Shown: positions 35,532 through 49,599, numbered from the stretch's first letter. The stretch is 64,000 nucleotides of DNA from Monocercomonoides exilis PA203 (GCA_001643675.2 LSRY02000021.1:1054001-1118000), one strand, 5' to 3'. The notes: generated by a model not told the origin, from the letters alone. A program made the numbers and translations.

Positions 35532-38500
35532 ATGGAAGATTCATGGCTTTACTATAATTCAATAATTACATTATCTTTGCCGCAACAAAAAAACTATCCA
35601 AAATTATGTATAAATGGAGAGAATGATATTTTAACTGTTTCATCATTTCAGAAAATTACAGACATCCAAACATTAGGGAAAAGCAAAACAAATTTATGGA
35701 TTTTAGAAGCCGATGAATCTTATTCATCAGAAATAAGCCAGTATGTTAAAAATACTCAATTTAAAAATTTTTTAAATTTTTATGATTTTCAGAAGTAACT
35801 TATTTTCAAAAGAAAAACAATTAACATTCGGATCTAGAATTCGTTTAAAGGTATGTAGTTAAATTATTTTTAGGAATTTTCGTTGTATTTTTGAACTTTT
35901 AAAGAATTATGTTCATCAATCATACCTCACAGCTCGAAGAGATATTGTTCATCAACTTACCGGAGAAACTGTTCCATACATTTCGTATACAAATGATCCT
36001 TCTGTTGATGGTTTGGTAAAAAAAACATTTTATGTGACCTTTTTTAATTTTGAAAATTTGTGATTCCGAAGAAACTACATGGGAAATTCTTGCTGTAAAC
36101 ACTCAAATTCGCCCCGGACTTCCTGTTTTGAAAAATGATAATATCATTTTACGACATTTTTCAAGCGGACTTTATCTTTCTGTTTGCAAATATTGCTACT
36201 TTTCTATATTTCTATTATTTAACAATATTTAACTTTTTGTTATAATTTTTATGAATAATTATTAGCCCGATGAATTTTCACCATTAGACCCAACATCCTC
36301 TTTTTTTCATCATTTCACGATTCCATCCGCGTTGAGCCGAGAGGCACCCGTCCGAATCCCACTTCATCTCACAGCAGCCACACAAACATGGAACATTTCA
36401 TTGCATTCGTCTCTTCCGCGCCCGGACCAGATTCTGATTGGCAGCGCAATTACGCTGATGGCAGAAGACATCGACGGGGTTGTTGTGCCTCCTGTGTCTC
36501 CAGCGTATTCGGGGATGCTCAAACGGAATATCAACAGAGCTGCGCCGATTGTTCCGCTTCAGTTTTCAGAAGGCGACAGAATTCCATTCAGCATAAATGA
36601 CGCTTTCATCATTGAGAAAGCAGAAGATGCAGAAGACGAACAAGAAAATCCTGTGAAGATAGCAGAAGATCAGAGAGAGAAAGAGAAATTAGCATTCAAA
36701 TTGGATTCTGTTGACGATTTTGAGCTTAGAAACCTGAAAAAGACACTAAAAATGATCAAAAGTGAGTCCAACGAAGAAGAAAGCACAGACCAAGTGCTTC
36801 GATATGGGCAGAAAGTGCGGGTGAAGAGTGTGCTGAAGGCAGAGTATTTGGGGTGGGACGAGGAAGGATACAAAGCAGAGGCCGCCAGCAGAGAAAAGCA
36901 GCACCAACTGTACCTCACCCACACCAACCAAAACGATCTGATTGGCATTTCTCATCCACCCGCACTGCCTCGTGTTCTGTCGTTCATTCGCCTTCCTGCT
37001 GAAAGCGGGTTTTTGACTGTGTGCCCCACGCCTGCCAGCTCAGAAGAGTGGGAAGGAGGAATGGAAGGGGCTGATATGCACACTCCACCAGCCACGCCTC
37101 ATCCTCTTCAGCTGGCCAGCCTCAATCTCTCTCTCTCGATGGCAAAAGGGAATGTGCAGAGGACGCCTTCTTCTGCTTCTCTTTTGCCTCCATCGACGTC
37201 TCCCACACTGCTCATTGCTCACAGCTCACACGGCAGCATCCTCAACGGAGGAGGAGGAGGAGGAGGAGGAGGAGGAGGAGGAGGAGGAGGAGGAGGAGGA
37301 GGAAGTGATGTCGAAGAGAAAAGTGAATTTCAAGTGAAATTTGATTCGCGCCTGGAAAAGCTGAGGCAGCTGACGTTGTTTGAGGTGCGGCCATATCTGA
37401 GTCAGGAAGAGCTTCTTCATTTGGCAGCTCAAAAGGGAGCATCAAAAACATCATCTTCTTCTGCTGCTGCTTCTTCTGTGGTATTTGCAGCAGAAATGGA
37501 TGAAAAGTCAAATAATTCTTCTGCTTCTTCGTCTTCATCATCATCATCTTCTTCTTCTTCTTGTTCTTGTTCTTCTTCTTCTTCTGATTCAGATTCTGAG
37601 GTTTCTGCTTTATTTGGATTGCCTGTCAACAATTTCAAGCCATTTGTGCTGTATCACTGCGCCACCCGCACCACACTCACTTTTCACACTGTGAAATCTT
37701 CCTCTTCTTCTTCCTCCTCTTCCTCTTTTCACTCTTCATCTGCATCTTCAACTTCGTCCTCTTCTTCTTCCTCTTCCTCTTCTTCTTCCATTCCTCTGTT
37801 CACTTCATCCACAAACGCTGAAATAGACACAATGCTATCTCCATCTGCTGTCAACACTTCATATTACAAAAAACCCATTGGATATCTTTCTCTCGACAGC
37901 TCTGCTTCTTCTTCCTCTTCCTTTTCTTCTTCTGCCAATTCATCTGTCTCACCTTCTTCTTCAAATTCTTTGCCTTCTCTTTCATTCACATCAGCAAATT
38001 CTTCCTCCTCCTCTTCTTCTTCTTCTTCTTCTCTTCATTCTCTTTCTCTTCATCAGCACGGCCTCCCAATTTCTGGCCACGTCTTGCCCGAAAGCTGGCT
38101 GGCGCTGTATTATGAAACGCTTCCCTTTGCCTCTGCTTTGCGAAGGCTGCGCTATACCCTCAGCAAAACACTCTTTTCTGCCTCTTCCTCCTCTTTCCAT
38201 CCATTTGCTGTGATCGAGGCAACTCCTTCACTTTGCCTGATCATCGCAAAATTACTCCGGTTTTTGAATCCTTCTTCCTCCATTCCTCCGCTTGAGAAGT
38301 TTATTTCGGCGAATTTGCTCTCAAAAATACTGAAAAAGCCGGAAAATGCTGTCATTTCACTCCAATTAAAAGAAAGCTATTTCAACAGACTGCAAAATTC
38401 GTCATTCAGAACACCCAGCGGAGCTGTCACACCTTCTTATTCATCTTCCTCTGCTTCTTCTTCTGGCGCTTCCACCCCAAACAGACAGCCAAAGTACCAT

Positions 38501-41500
38501 CAGAATACTTTCATTCCTTCCTCTTCCTCTTCCTCCTCTTCTGATGAACACAACACTACCTCCTCCCCTTCTTCCTCTTCCTCTTCCTCTTCCTCTTCCT
38601 CTTCCTCTTCCTCCACTGCTTTATCCCTTACCCATTCCGATCTCTCCACCTCCAACATTTCCTCTTCTGTCACCGACCACATCGTCCCCTCACGCACCTC
38701 TTCCCTCTTCCCTTTCTCTGAGCGCCAGCGCTGCCTCCTCTCTCAGGGCATCCTGGCTGACCTCCTCTTCATCCTCATCCACCTCGTCGAAACAGACCGC
38801 TCTTCACCAAACTTCTTCCCGTCAGCCATTCGCAGCCTGAAAATACCTTCTGAATGGGGCATGTCTCAAAGAAGTGCTGTCAACAGCCTCGTCTTCACAC
38901 TCAACCTCTGCCTCCGCTGCCTGTCCCACCTCGTCGTCGGCTGCGAATGTGCTGCAGGGGAAGCGCTGCCTCATCTCCTGCGCATAAAAGAGGTGCTGAT
39001 GATGGTGGGCACAGCTGCTGGGATCATCAACACGGTATCTTTGCATTCTTTTGCCTCTTCTGGCTCAGCCACCCCTTCATTGATTGCTTCGAATTCGAAA
39101 AGAACAGCTGGAAATAGACAGTTTGTGCCACAACGTGTTCGATTGCCCACGTTTGGTGATTTGTCGTTCTTGTCGCCTGCTTCAGGAACGCCTTCTCCAC
39201 AAGGCGGATATTCAAGTTCTTCTTCTCCTTCCTCTTCCTCTTCCTCCTCGTCTTCCTATTCTTTGTCTTCTTCTTCCTCTACCACATCACTTTCTCCTTC
39301 ATCATCATCATCTTCTTCTTCTTCTTCTTCCTTTTCCTTCGGTTCTGCTGCTTTATCCTCTCTGGCTGCTCCAATTCTCATCACAAACTTCACTCCACAA
39401 GAACTTCTTTCAAAATACTGGGGCTCCATCGCCTCTACTCCAATCTCTTTACTCCCTTCGATGCTTGTTCTCTTCCCCCAGTTCGTCGACTTCCACACCT
39501 CTTTGACGTTCTCCTCTATTCAGTGCAAAACTTGCGATGTTGATGCAAACATCCACCGCTCCACCTCACTCATTGCCTGTCTCCTGCCAGCCATCATGGA
39601 GCCAAAGGGAGAAGACGCTGCCAGCATCAACAACTCGAGGCTCTTTGCCATTGCGCTGATTGAGAAGCTGCTGGTGTATTTAATTGTGCTGCTGTCTGAC
39701 AGAGTTGTTGTGCACCCGCAAAACTCTTCTTTTGCTCACAAAATAAATCGATTGGCGTCTGTCAAGAAACTGTTTTTTATGTCAGAGAATTCGAGAAGTA
39801 TGGGAGGCAGTGGGAATCCTAATGGAAAGGGAAATGGAAAAGGGAATCAATCAACTCAATCTCAATCTCAAGCACAAGGCGACAAGGAAAAAGAAAGAGA
39901 CAGAGAAAGAGAGAAGGACTATCAGCCAACACTTCTGAATGACGAAAGTGGAGTCGAAGAAGAAGCAGACGCAGCTGGCGAGAATTCTGCTGCTATGTCA
40001 GCTGAACAAGGTGACAGCATCTTCCACACATGGAAAGCAGACTCCATCTACATCAAACTCCCCGCCAACTTCTCTTCCTTTGACGATCTCCACCCACTTG
40101 CGGATTTCTTCTTGCCGGCGCTGACAAACCCGGCGCACCGCGGAATAACCACATCACTTTCTGTCCTCTCTCCAATTCTGACATCTTCTTTGCTCACATT
40201 TCCTCTTGTCCGGCTTGCTATCATCCAATCCTTCTCCACATCACCTTATCTCTCCAACCGCTCTTCAGCCACACCTTCTGTCTCCTCTGGTACATCCACA
40301 CCTGCCCCCTCGCCAAACATCCCTGTCTCTCCAATGTCCCCTCCGCCTGCCTCAATGAGCGCTCTTTCTCCTTTCTCACAGACTATCACTTCACCTGTGA
40401 GTGTCTCTTCCTACTCTTCTCTCTCTTCTTCCACCAACACTCACTTCTCTGCTGTCGACTTCTCCCTCTCAACATGCGTGGCACAGATGACTGTTCTGGT
40501 GACTGACCTGGCGAATTCGCATGTGCAGAGTGTGATTGAGTCCTTCCGCATTCTCTTTCCCTTTTCGACTATTCGCAGCTGGCTCCGCCAAGATCCCCTT
40601 GTTCCACCTCTCCTCCGCTCGCAGATCACAAAGCTGATGGTGCTGCTGTATGTACACGACTTCGAGACATTCACTCTCAAACAGTCGCCTTCCACAAATT
40701 TCGCAGCCGTTTCGCTTGCAAATCGCTCGGGTGCTGAGGTGAGTGAAGGGAGAGGGGGCGGAGGAGGCGTGGGAGGAGGGAATGAGCGAGGCGATGAAGT
40801 GAGTGAGAATGCAGAGGTTGACCAGTTTGAGTCACAAGGCGGGATGCCCTTGCTTTTCTGGGACAAACCGCGAAGCAAAGCGAAGATGTCGTCGATTGTG
40901 TTGGCGAAAATGGCGCAGTCAGAAAGCAAAAGCCCAAAAGCACAGTCATTCAAGAGACTCTTCAAAATTGCCTCAAACACTCACCAGACGCTAGTTGCAC
41001 TGATCAAAAAGGTTATTCCACCAGACATTTCAGCCACCACAGACTCGACGGCTGAGGCGATGGAGGTACTTCCGCAGGCGCTGAGAAACCGGCTGATTCA
41101 GCTGCTGAATGCCGAGCTCTGCTATCACTGCGAGTGTGTGGCGATGCTTACGTCGCTGATGCGCAGTGGGACATGCTCACTTGATTATCTGAATGACAAA
41201 GAGAAGAACGAATACTTCTCAGAACTGAACGAATTTTTGAAGACGGACTATTCCCCGAGCGGAAGCGTGATGAAAAAAAGAAGACGAAGAAGAAGAATGA
41301 ATGGAGAAGAAGAGGAAGAAGACAACGACGATGACGATGATGATGAAGGCGGTTTTGGAGAATGTGGATATAACTCAAATTTGTCAAGCCAATTAACAAA
41401 GCCTCCTTCAAAAGGTTTCTTTGGCTCAATAAAAGGTGCATTTTCTTCTCTTTTTTCATCCAAAAAGGGAGAAGACGAAGATATGCATGTGCCACGCTTT

Positions 41501-44500
41501 CCTCTGTGGCAGGAGACGCAGCCCGCGCTGAATGCGACAAAAGCAGCCATTCTGCGTCTGTTCCTGTATGTTGAGCGGATGCTGCTGAGTGTGCGCATCA
41601 AATACGCATTCAGCAGCTGCCAGACGCTCGCTGAGAAAAGTCGCATTTTGAATCCTCGAAGAGATGAGACGATCAAAGCAGAAGACGTCATGGCAGCCAC
41701 GTCGATGACAAACACAGTGGACAAAATTTCATCAATGGGAATCGCCAAACACACTGGCGATTTGCAGCCTACGATATTCACTCTTCTCAACACACCAGCA
41801 TCCAGACACTTACACCAGCTCGCCCTTCAGCTGCACTTTTTGGTGTCGCAGCCGATTGGCCAGTTCTTCGACAAGCTCGACAATGCCATCCTCGCTGCAA
41901 ACAAGGGCAGCTGGGCAGCGTGGAAAGAGCTGGCACAGTTGGCAAGCAGTCTGAAGAAGAATTCGCTGAGAGAGCTTCTGCAGGAATACACACAGGCAAA
42001 TGCCATCCGAGAAGGGAATGGAGGCGATGTGATGGCTGGCGCTTCTGCATTGTCTGGAATGGGTGCCTCTTCTTTCTCTTCTTTCTCTTCTTTCTCCTCT
42101 TCTCCGATGTCGGGTGAGATGAGGTCAATGTTTGGCAACACGCACAAAGAGATTCTCGACGAGACTGTCTATTCTGTTGCATCGTTTGTGCATATTCTGC
42201 ACGGAGCACCTGCTCCTTCACGTTCAGTGCTGAATGGAGGAACTAATACTGGACAATACCCTGGAAGTGCTTCAATGACCTCATCGTCTTCATCAACATC
42301 TTATTCCTCTTCGAATTCTTCAAACACTTTAGGTGCTGCTGCACCTCAGACGTTGTCTGCTGTGGTGTTTTCTGCACTTTCAATGAGCACAACTCCTTCG
42401 CCTGCTGCTGTGCAATTATCTCTTCTCTTAAAATTCCCTCAAATTCTGTGCAATTTGCTAGTGATTCCCTTTGAGCACCAGCTGAGAACGCTCTTCACGC
42501 TGATTGTGAATGCTCTGCGAACGCTGCTGTCTGTCAGCCCTTCTGTTCTGCCAATCATCATTCCATACATTCCATCGCTTATCCCACTCGTCAAATACAA
42601 GCTGGGTGTGGGCGAATTGATCAGCCAAGTGTTTGTGAATGCACCTCTGTCCATCTTCAAAATGGAAGAAAATGGTAAAGGAGCAAATGAAAGCAGCACT
42701 CAGACTGATCCAACATCTCACTATTCATCCACCTCACCACAATCACCCACTTCAATCACCTCAATCGCTGACGATCCTTCACGTCGCTTCATCACATACG
42801 ACATCATTTCATCAGTCATGTCTCCTCTGCTTCTTTCTGTCCTTCCCCCAAATGCTGAGTATCTGTGCAACCTTCTCTCCTCTCTCTGCGTCTCCTCCAT
42901 CGGCCAGGCGAGGCGCATGTGCCAAGAAGCTGTTCTCCAGTTCTTAAGATCAGACAACGGATACCGCCACCTCCTGGCTGCTCGCATGGTCTGCTTCTCT
43001 GCATCTGGATTTGAGTTGCCTGTTACTGGAACTTCGTCTGACACTCGCTCGATGACTGCTTCTTCGCCATCCACAGTGACTGTGCCGTTTGCTGCCGCTG
43101 TGCTGAACCTGCTGGCAATGCTCTGCTTTGGCAGATTCGTTGAAGGGCAGCGCTTTGTGCGGCTGGTGTTTCCGTTGTCCTCGCTGAACTCAACAATTGC
43201 TGGCTTGCTTGTTCAGGTGGCCAATGCAACTGGAAGTGCAAGTGTCGGTGATAGCAATAGAGGCATGATGAACACAAGCGTTGTAGCTGCAAGAATCATC
43301 CAAGAAACTTTCAGCCCTCAAAAAGTCGCTCCTCTGCTTCAGTCATTGTATGCAATCGTCCGCTTTGCCTATCTCGATTCCAAACTGCCTATCACTGGAC
43401 TGAGTGGGAGTGGCGTTGAGGCGCTATTCACATCTGCCACTCTAATTGGATCAACCTTGTCTTTTGCATTGAACTGCCCAGACAAAGCATCTGTCATCCC
43501 TCTTCTGCGGAACTGTATCACTCCTCTGATAGGTGCAATCGTGCAGATGTTTATGGAAAAGGAAAAACGAATGCAGATCCGAATGGCAGCGCTTCTCAAT
43601 GAATTCGTGGGTATTATGATTCGGCTATCAAAGGAAATTCAAACCGGGCAGATTCCAAAGACACTCGAACTGACCATTTCGCAGGTTGAGGCGTTTGTCC
43701 AAGTCAGCCAGCAGAAAAAAGGCGAAAAGCAGAAATTCAAATCGATCGATCCTTCTTCTTTGTCTTCCTCCTCAAGTTCAAATGGAGGAGATGATGAAGA
43801 CGAAGATGCGAATGAAAATGGCTCAACTTTTGCTGTAATGCTGGTTGATCCAATTGTTGCTGTGATCGAGCATTTTTGGAAGACATTCTCGAAAACTCTG
43901 AGAGAAGAGGCTAATCGTGTTATGGAATCACAAAACACACATTCACTGATGTCACTGTCTTCGATGGCCATTCAACATCCAATCGTCTTCCGGCACATTT
44001 CGTATACGCTTCTTCCACCACCTTTCGATGAGAGCGAGAAGATTGTCCGTTCCTTCACTCCTTCGACAAGATGTTCATTTTCTTTCTCCTCAACTGATTC
44101 GTCAATGTCAGACAGCGCAACTTTCACTCTCTCTCCATTCCGTCCAGTGATCAAAAAGCCCACGCAACGCCTTCTCCTGAATGTTTTGGACTTTCTGTTC
44201 AATTTTGTGCGAATTGGAAGTGACATTCGCTCGCCGCCTGAACGTGATCCTATTCGAGAACGGCAGGATTATGCTGCTGAAAACGGGGCTGCTCGTGCTG
44301 TGATGCTGATGGCAGCAGAAGGAAACAGGAATGTAGAGGTGATGCGCTTGAGAGTGTTACAGTCATTGCTTGATAGTGGAAACGAGAATGTGCAGAGTGA
44401 AGTACTTGCATGCATTTCTAACAGTAACCCTTCAGTAGATGAGAACGATATTGGCGATGATGAAGTTGATGATGTAAAGTTTGGAAATGGAGGAGGGATA

Positions 44501-47500
44501 AGATCATTGACACGACAAAGGGGAGGAAACAGCAATGGCTCGTCTATTGGCTTAAAGTTGGACAGAATTATGAAAGATCAGCTCCTTCATCTGTTTGAAG
44601 GATACGGAACTGCTGGCCAACTGGGAAGAGCAAACAGTGCCACTCCTGTTGATCTGTTTCCGAGTGTAGCAGCAACACCTACCAGTGAAACGCCTTCTTT
44701 ATCTTCCACATCTGTTGGCTCCAAAGTGATCACTCCACTTCCACTGAGATCTGAAAGTGCGTCTCCAATGAATGCGCAAATAAAAGAATGGGAAGACTTA
44801 ACTGTTGATGATTTGGGGATAGGCGGAAGTTCATCGACTCTGATTACAAACAAGCACACTCGCACGATAGAAATTGTGGCGCTTCAAAAGTCGTATGCAT
44901 ATGAAGCGCTCATGTCGTTGCAACCGTCTCAACCTTGGAATGCTTTGGGGATGCTTATGGCATTAGCGCAGCTGATCTTCACAGAAACACAAAACAATCT
45001 TTTCTGCCCGTGGTGGCTGAAAGGCACGCTCCAAGACAAAACGCAAGGAACAAACAAAGATGGAATCAGTGGAAAACAGAAGCTTGAGACGTTTGAGACA
45101 GTATCTGCGTGTGTTATTAACATCGAATCTGCACTAAGTTATGTGTCTCAGCTTTGTGAAGGACATAATCTCAACGCTCAGAACATGATCCGAATTCAGA
45201 GGCATTCTCGCATAAACATTCCTACTCTGGTTGTTGATTATCTGACATCAATTACCCCAGTTTCAATTCCTGATGGAACTGAAGATGAAGCATTTGCAAC
45301 ACCATCTCGCCCAACAATCAACAGAGCAGGTATTATTCGGTGGCTTATGCACATCACGATTGTTGTTCGGTCATTAACAGAAATGATGCAAGGCCCTTGT
45401 GTTGGAAATCAGAATGTGCTTACAACTACCGCAAAGGGGAGAAGATGTCTGAGCAGACTATTTGCCTTGCAGACTGCATTAGATGAACAAGTCTCAATTC
45501 CCAAAAAGTTGTCGGACCCGCCAGCTCATTGCGTTGATCTACCAACACCAAATTATATTACATATGCTAACACTGTTAAGACAAACAAATCCGATGGGAA
45601 AAAGAATAAGAAAAGCGGAAGTGGAAAAGCACCAAAGCGTTGGAAGCCAATTGACACTGTGATGGAGTGCCTGCCTGAAAGAAGTTTGTTAGCAGCAATG
45701 ACTTCATTTGGCTTAGCTTGCATTGAAGGACCAAATGGACATTATGGAGCAACTCTGTTAGCAAATTATTCTGGATTGATGAAGTCTGTGGGGAGGAGGC
45801 TCAATGTGATGTTCACATTGATAAATGATCCGTCAATCAAGAGAAACAAGGCTATTGTCACAGGACTGATGAATGATACCACAAAATTATACATCCTTCA
45901 TCAAAAGCTGTTAGACAGATACGGTCAAAGCTCTCTAGACGAAGTGGATGTTGTGCTGAGATCAATGACAAATGACCGCAGAAAAAGTGGGAGTTCAAAT
46001 AATGACAGCTTTGAAAACAACAAAATGTCACGCAATTATGGTGGAGGAGCAAGCGAAAGTTCTGAAAGTGGTGGCACTTCCGACTTTTCTGATATCGAGA
46101 AGCACAATCCGTTGTTTATGATGCTTATTTCACCGCCTGCTTATTCACCAGGATTTAAGAGCAAAGGAGCGAGTTGCATTCCATTTTCTTGCAGTCTTTC
46201 GCCTGAGCTGAACGAACTGTTTGGTGAGCGAATTCAGACAATAGAAATTATGCGAAGCGGATCTGTTCAGCGCATCTACTTCCAAAAGAACACGATTGCC
46301 GAGCAAATCAACAAAGAAGAGAAAGAGAAAGCACTTTTAGCCTGTGCTGAAGGATCAAGTGCTGATCAGCATTTAAAATTCCAATCGTATTGCGAAGAGC
46401 TTTATGAGACAGGAAGATTGAGATATTCGATGTCTCACACAGGGAAAAAACCATCAATGAACACAGACCTTTCAGCAGAGAATTTGCTGAGCAACCAGCT
46501 TGTTGGAGACTATGAAGATAAAGAAGAGTATCACTCGCGCAAAGTCAAGAAATCGCCTCTGCTTGCTCGTATCCTGCTTTCACCATTTAAATTCACATGG
46601 TTTATGCTGAAGGGATTGAGGCATCTTCTCATACGGCCAGTAATGCTTGTTCTCGTGCGTGTTCTCATGAACATTCTTTCTGCTGCAATTAACGTATTGA
46701 TGCTTGTGGAAGATGCTGTGCCGGGATATCATCAATGGGAATACAGTAACCTTGTCATGACAATCTTCAATTATGCATGTATTGTCTCCACGTGTCTGTA
46801 TTTCGTGTATCAGATTTTGCTGGAAATACAAGTTGTGGCGCAGCAGCGATACTACAATCGGCTCCGTAGGAAACGAGAAGCAGATCCGACATTCGAGCCA
46901 AGTCCGTTCTTCCGTGTTCAAAGCTATGTGACTGCGCTTCTCTTTCGGAAAGAGACCTATCTCACTCTCTTTTTTATCGCTGCTGCGTGGATTGGATTCT
47001 TTGGGAACCCCATCTTTTATTCCATCCTCATTTTCGATATATTCAGCCAAAATCAGGCAATGATGCATGCTTTACGTTCGATTTCAAGAGGAGCATCACA
47101 GCTCGTTTTGACTGGTAGTTTGTTTGTGATTGTTCTGTATTTCTTTTCTGTGTTGGGAAACTTGTTCTTTTCAAATACGTTTGTGCTTGATGAAGGTGAT
47201 CCTATGTCTCCTTCGTTGTGTCAAGACTTATGGAGCTGCTTTCTTGCGCTTCTGGGACAATTTCCAACAGGAGGAGAGTGGATGATGTCGCGCTCATTCT
47301 TTGGATTGCCTGATCTTATTACAAACAGTATTGTCTATCGGGTCTTTTCTTTCATCTACACACTATTTTGCTGGGTGTTGACAATGCTTATCTTGTTCAA
47401 CATTGTGACGGGTATTATTGTGGACTCTTTCGGAGAAATTAGAGAGCAAACGGAATCTAGAGAAACTGTGATTAACAATGCTTGCTTTGTGTGTGGTTTA

Positions 47501-48574
47501 AAAGTTGATGTACTAGGAGCCAATGGTATTGATATCAAGCATCACAGAGAGGTTGACCATGATCCTTGGGCATATTTTGGTTATTATGTTGCACTAATTG
47601 AGTATATAAATGCTGGAAACGAGTCAGAATTGAATGGAGATGAAAGTTACATGTACAACTGCTTTAAAACAAAGAATATCACATATTTTCCAGATGGGCG
47701 TTGCACAACATTAGACAGACGAGAAGAAGCAGAGAAAACTGCTCACATTCATGAAATGGAAGAAGCGCATATCGCGCAAAAGCAGAGAGATGCTGAAATA
47801 GCGCTTTTGTGGGAATGGGAAGAGAAAAAGCGCCGAGACAAGGAAAGACATACAGGAATGATCACAGCAGCATCAAGAAGCCACACTCTTGTGGATGTGG
47901 CAAAGGCGCGCGAGACAGGAGATCTATCGCCTCTTCTCAAAAGTCTGAGCACAGAAGTGAAAGCTATTGCAAATATGGCAAGACAGGAAGGAAAGGCAAT
48001 CAAGACGGCAGCTGTAGATGCAGCGCAAACAGCAGGATTGATTCGATTTTCAATGCTGAAACGCAAAACAGCGGATGAAGAGTGGAGGGATAAGTATCTG
48101 GAAAAAGAAACAGATGAAGAGTTTCGATTAACAAAAAAGAAAGAGGAAGATATTAAAGTATCGTCTTCTTCTGCAGTACCCGCTAAGAAATTGATTCCTT
48201 CTCCATCGAGCCGTATGTCTCCTCCACCGTTTCTTCCTTCTCAAATAGCAAGTGCACGTGTTTCGCCTCCTGCATCGCCAGCTCCTTCGCTCTCATTGCA
48301 AACAAAAGCTTCGGTTGATCAGCCAAAAGACGGTGCAGCTTTTGGAATGCCTGTTTATCATGCTCATCCTCCTTCGTATCTTTCAAATGATGCGCGTTTT
48401 GATCAAGTTCCAATGCAACTTCGGCCTTTTTCTGAGCATAGTTCTGAAACTCACAATGTTTCATTCTCAAACAAAACGCAATTGGCATTTCAAGAAAAGA
48501 AACAAAGTGCTGCAAAGCCCAAACCTCAAGACAAAGAAAAAAAGGAGAGCTTTTTCAAGCGAATTTTTAAGTAA
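35532..48574 (+). CDS. IP3 receptor / ryanodine receptor family Ca2+-release channel (~4263 aa; exons 35532-35740, 35793-35850, 35905-36010, 36072-36181, 36266-48574)
   Basis: MIR-like motifs (LTFGSRIRLKNYVHQSYL, IILRHFSSGLYLS, LRYGQKVRVKSV...YL). RIH-associated QLCEGHN..AQN and SLTEMMQGPCVGNQ. IEIMR...RIYF, a 6-TM block, LFNIVTGIIVDSFGEIR, the CFVCGL...H...H Zn finger and GDESY. Four short GT-AG introns link the 5' exons in frame. Confidence 0.93.
37246..37302 (+). repeat. (GGA)n microsatellite encoding poly-Gly inside the channel gene
   Basis: About 19 GGA units, directly visible. Confidence 0.9.
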
Positions 48575-49090
48575 AAATGGCTTAATTTTCGTATTTATAA
48601 ATTATTTATCTTTAAATTAAGAATGCAGATACAAATATCAAAAGAAATTTTCAAAAATTGTTTTTAATTTTTATTTTTTTTTTCTTTTCTTTTCTTTTCT
48701 TTTTTTATTAATTTATTTTTTTTATCTATATATTTTATTATTATTTTTTGTTTTTTTTTTTTTTTATCTTTGTGCCAAGCAAATGAAGAAATGTAAATTT
48801 TATTTTTGTTACAAATTGTTTAAGTTGTTGATATTTGAAATTTAGTGTTTTTTTAAAGTTAATCCGTTTGTTGAGAGTTTTTTTTTGAATTTGAAGTTTG
48901 AGGAACAGTCTTCTCTTTATTTTATTTTGAAGAACTATTTTTCTTTTATGTCTTTACAATGTTATTGCAATATATAACAGCTTGAAACTTATGAGAGTTG
49001 TTGATCATCTGTATTACATTTTAATAATTGAATTTCATGTTTGCAATGAAGTGCATGGGAAGTTTATGAAAAGAGATTTTAAACTGCAAA

Positions 49091-49270
49091 GGGTATTATC
49101 CGAAGATATCGTCATCTTTGGATCTTATAAAATTTTTGTCTGTAATATAATAACATTAAGTGTGTTAATGACAGACTGTTTCAATTTTTCGGAAGCCTTT
49201 TGTTTTTGAGAATAAAGTAATTAATATTTTTGGTTATCAAAAAATATTATGCTTGTTTTTTAATTTTTTA
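49091..49270 (+). repeat. Dispersed ~180-bp repeat, copy 1 (copy 2 at 55769-55947)
   Basis: GGTATTATCCGAAGATATC...GACTGTT.CAATTTT..GGAAGCCTTTTGTTTTTGAGA is shared by both copies. Confidence 0.8.
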
Positions 49271-49599
49271 ATTTTTATTTTCATAAAAAAAAAAAAAAAA
49301 AAAAAAAAAACAAATCTGAAGAATGTATAAAAAAGATATCAAATAAACCGTTAATACTATTTTTAAGAGTTCAAAAACAATTCATTTTAATAACCCATGA
49401 TCAAAGTTTTCTTTTTTCTTTTTTTTTTTATTGATCACACTTTTGTTTGTGATTTGTCAAAATTTCGCTGAAAAATTATTCCATTATATTTTTTTCTAAT
49501 CAAAATGCATGTCAATTTGTTTGATATTCCAACTTTTCGAAAAACGAAAGCACTGTTTTAATGAAATATTTTTTCTATAAAAACAAATAAAACTGAATA

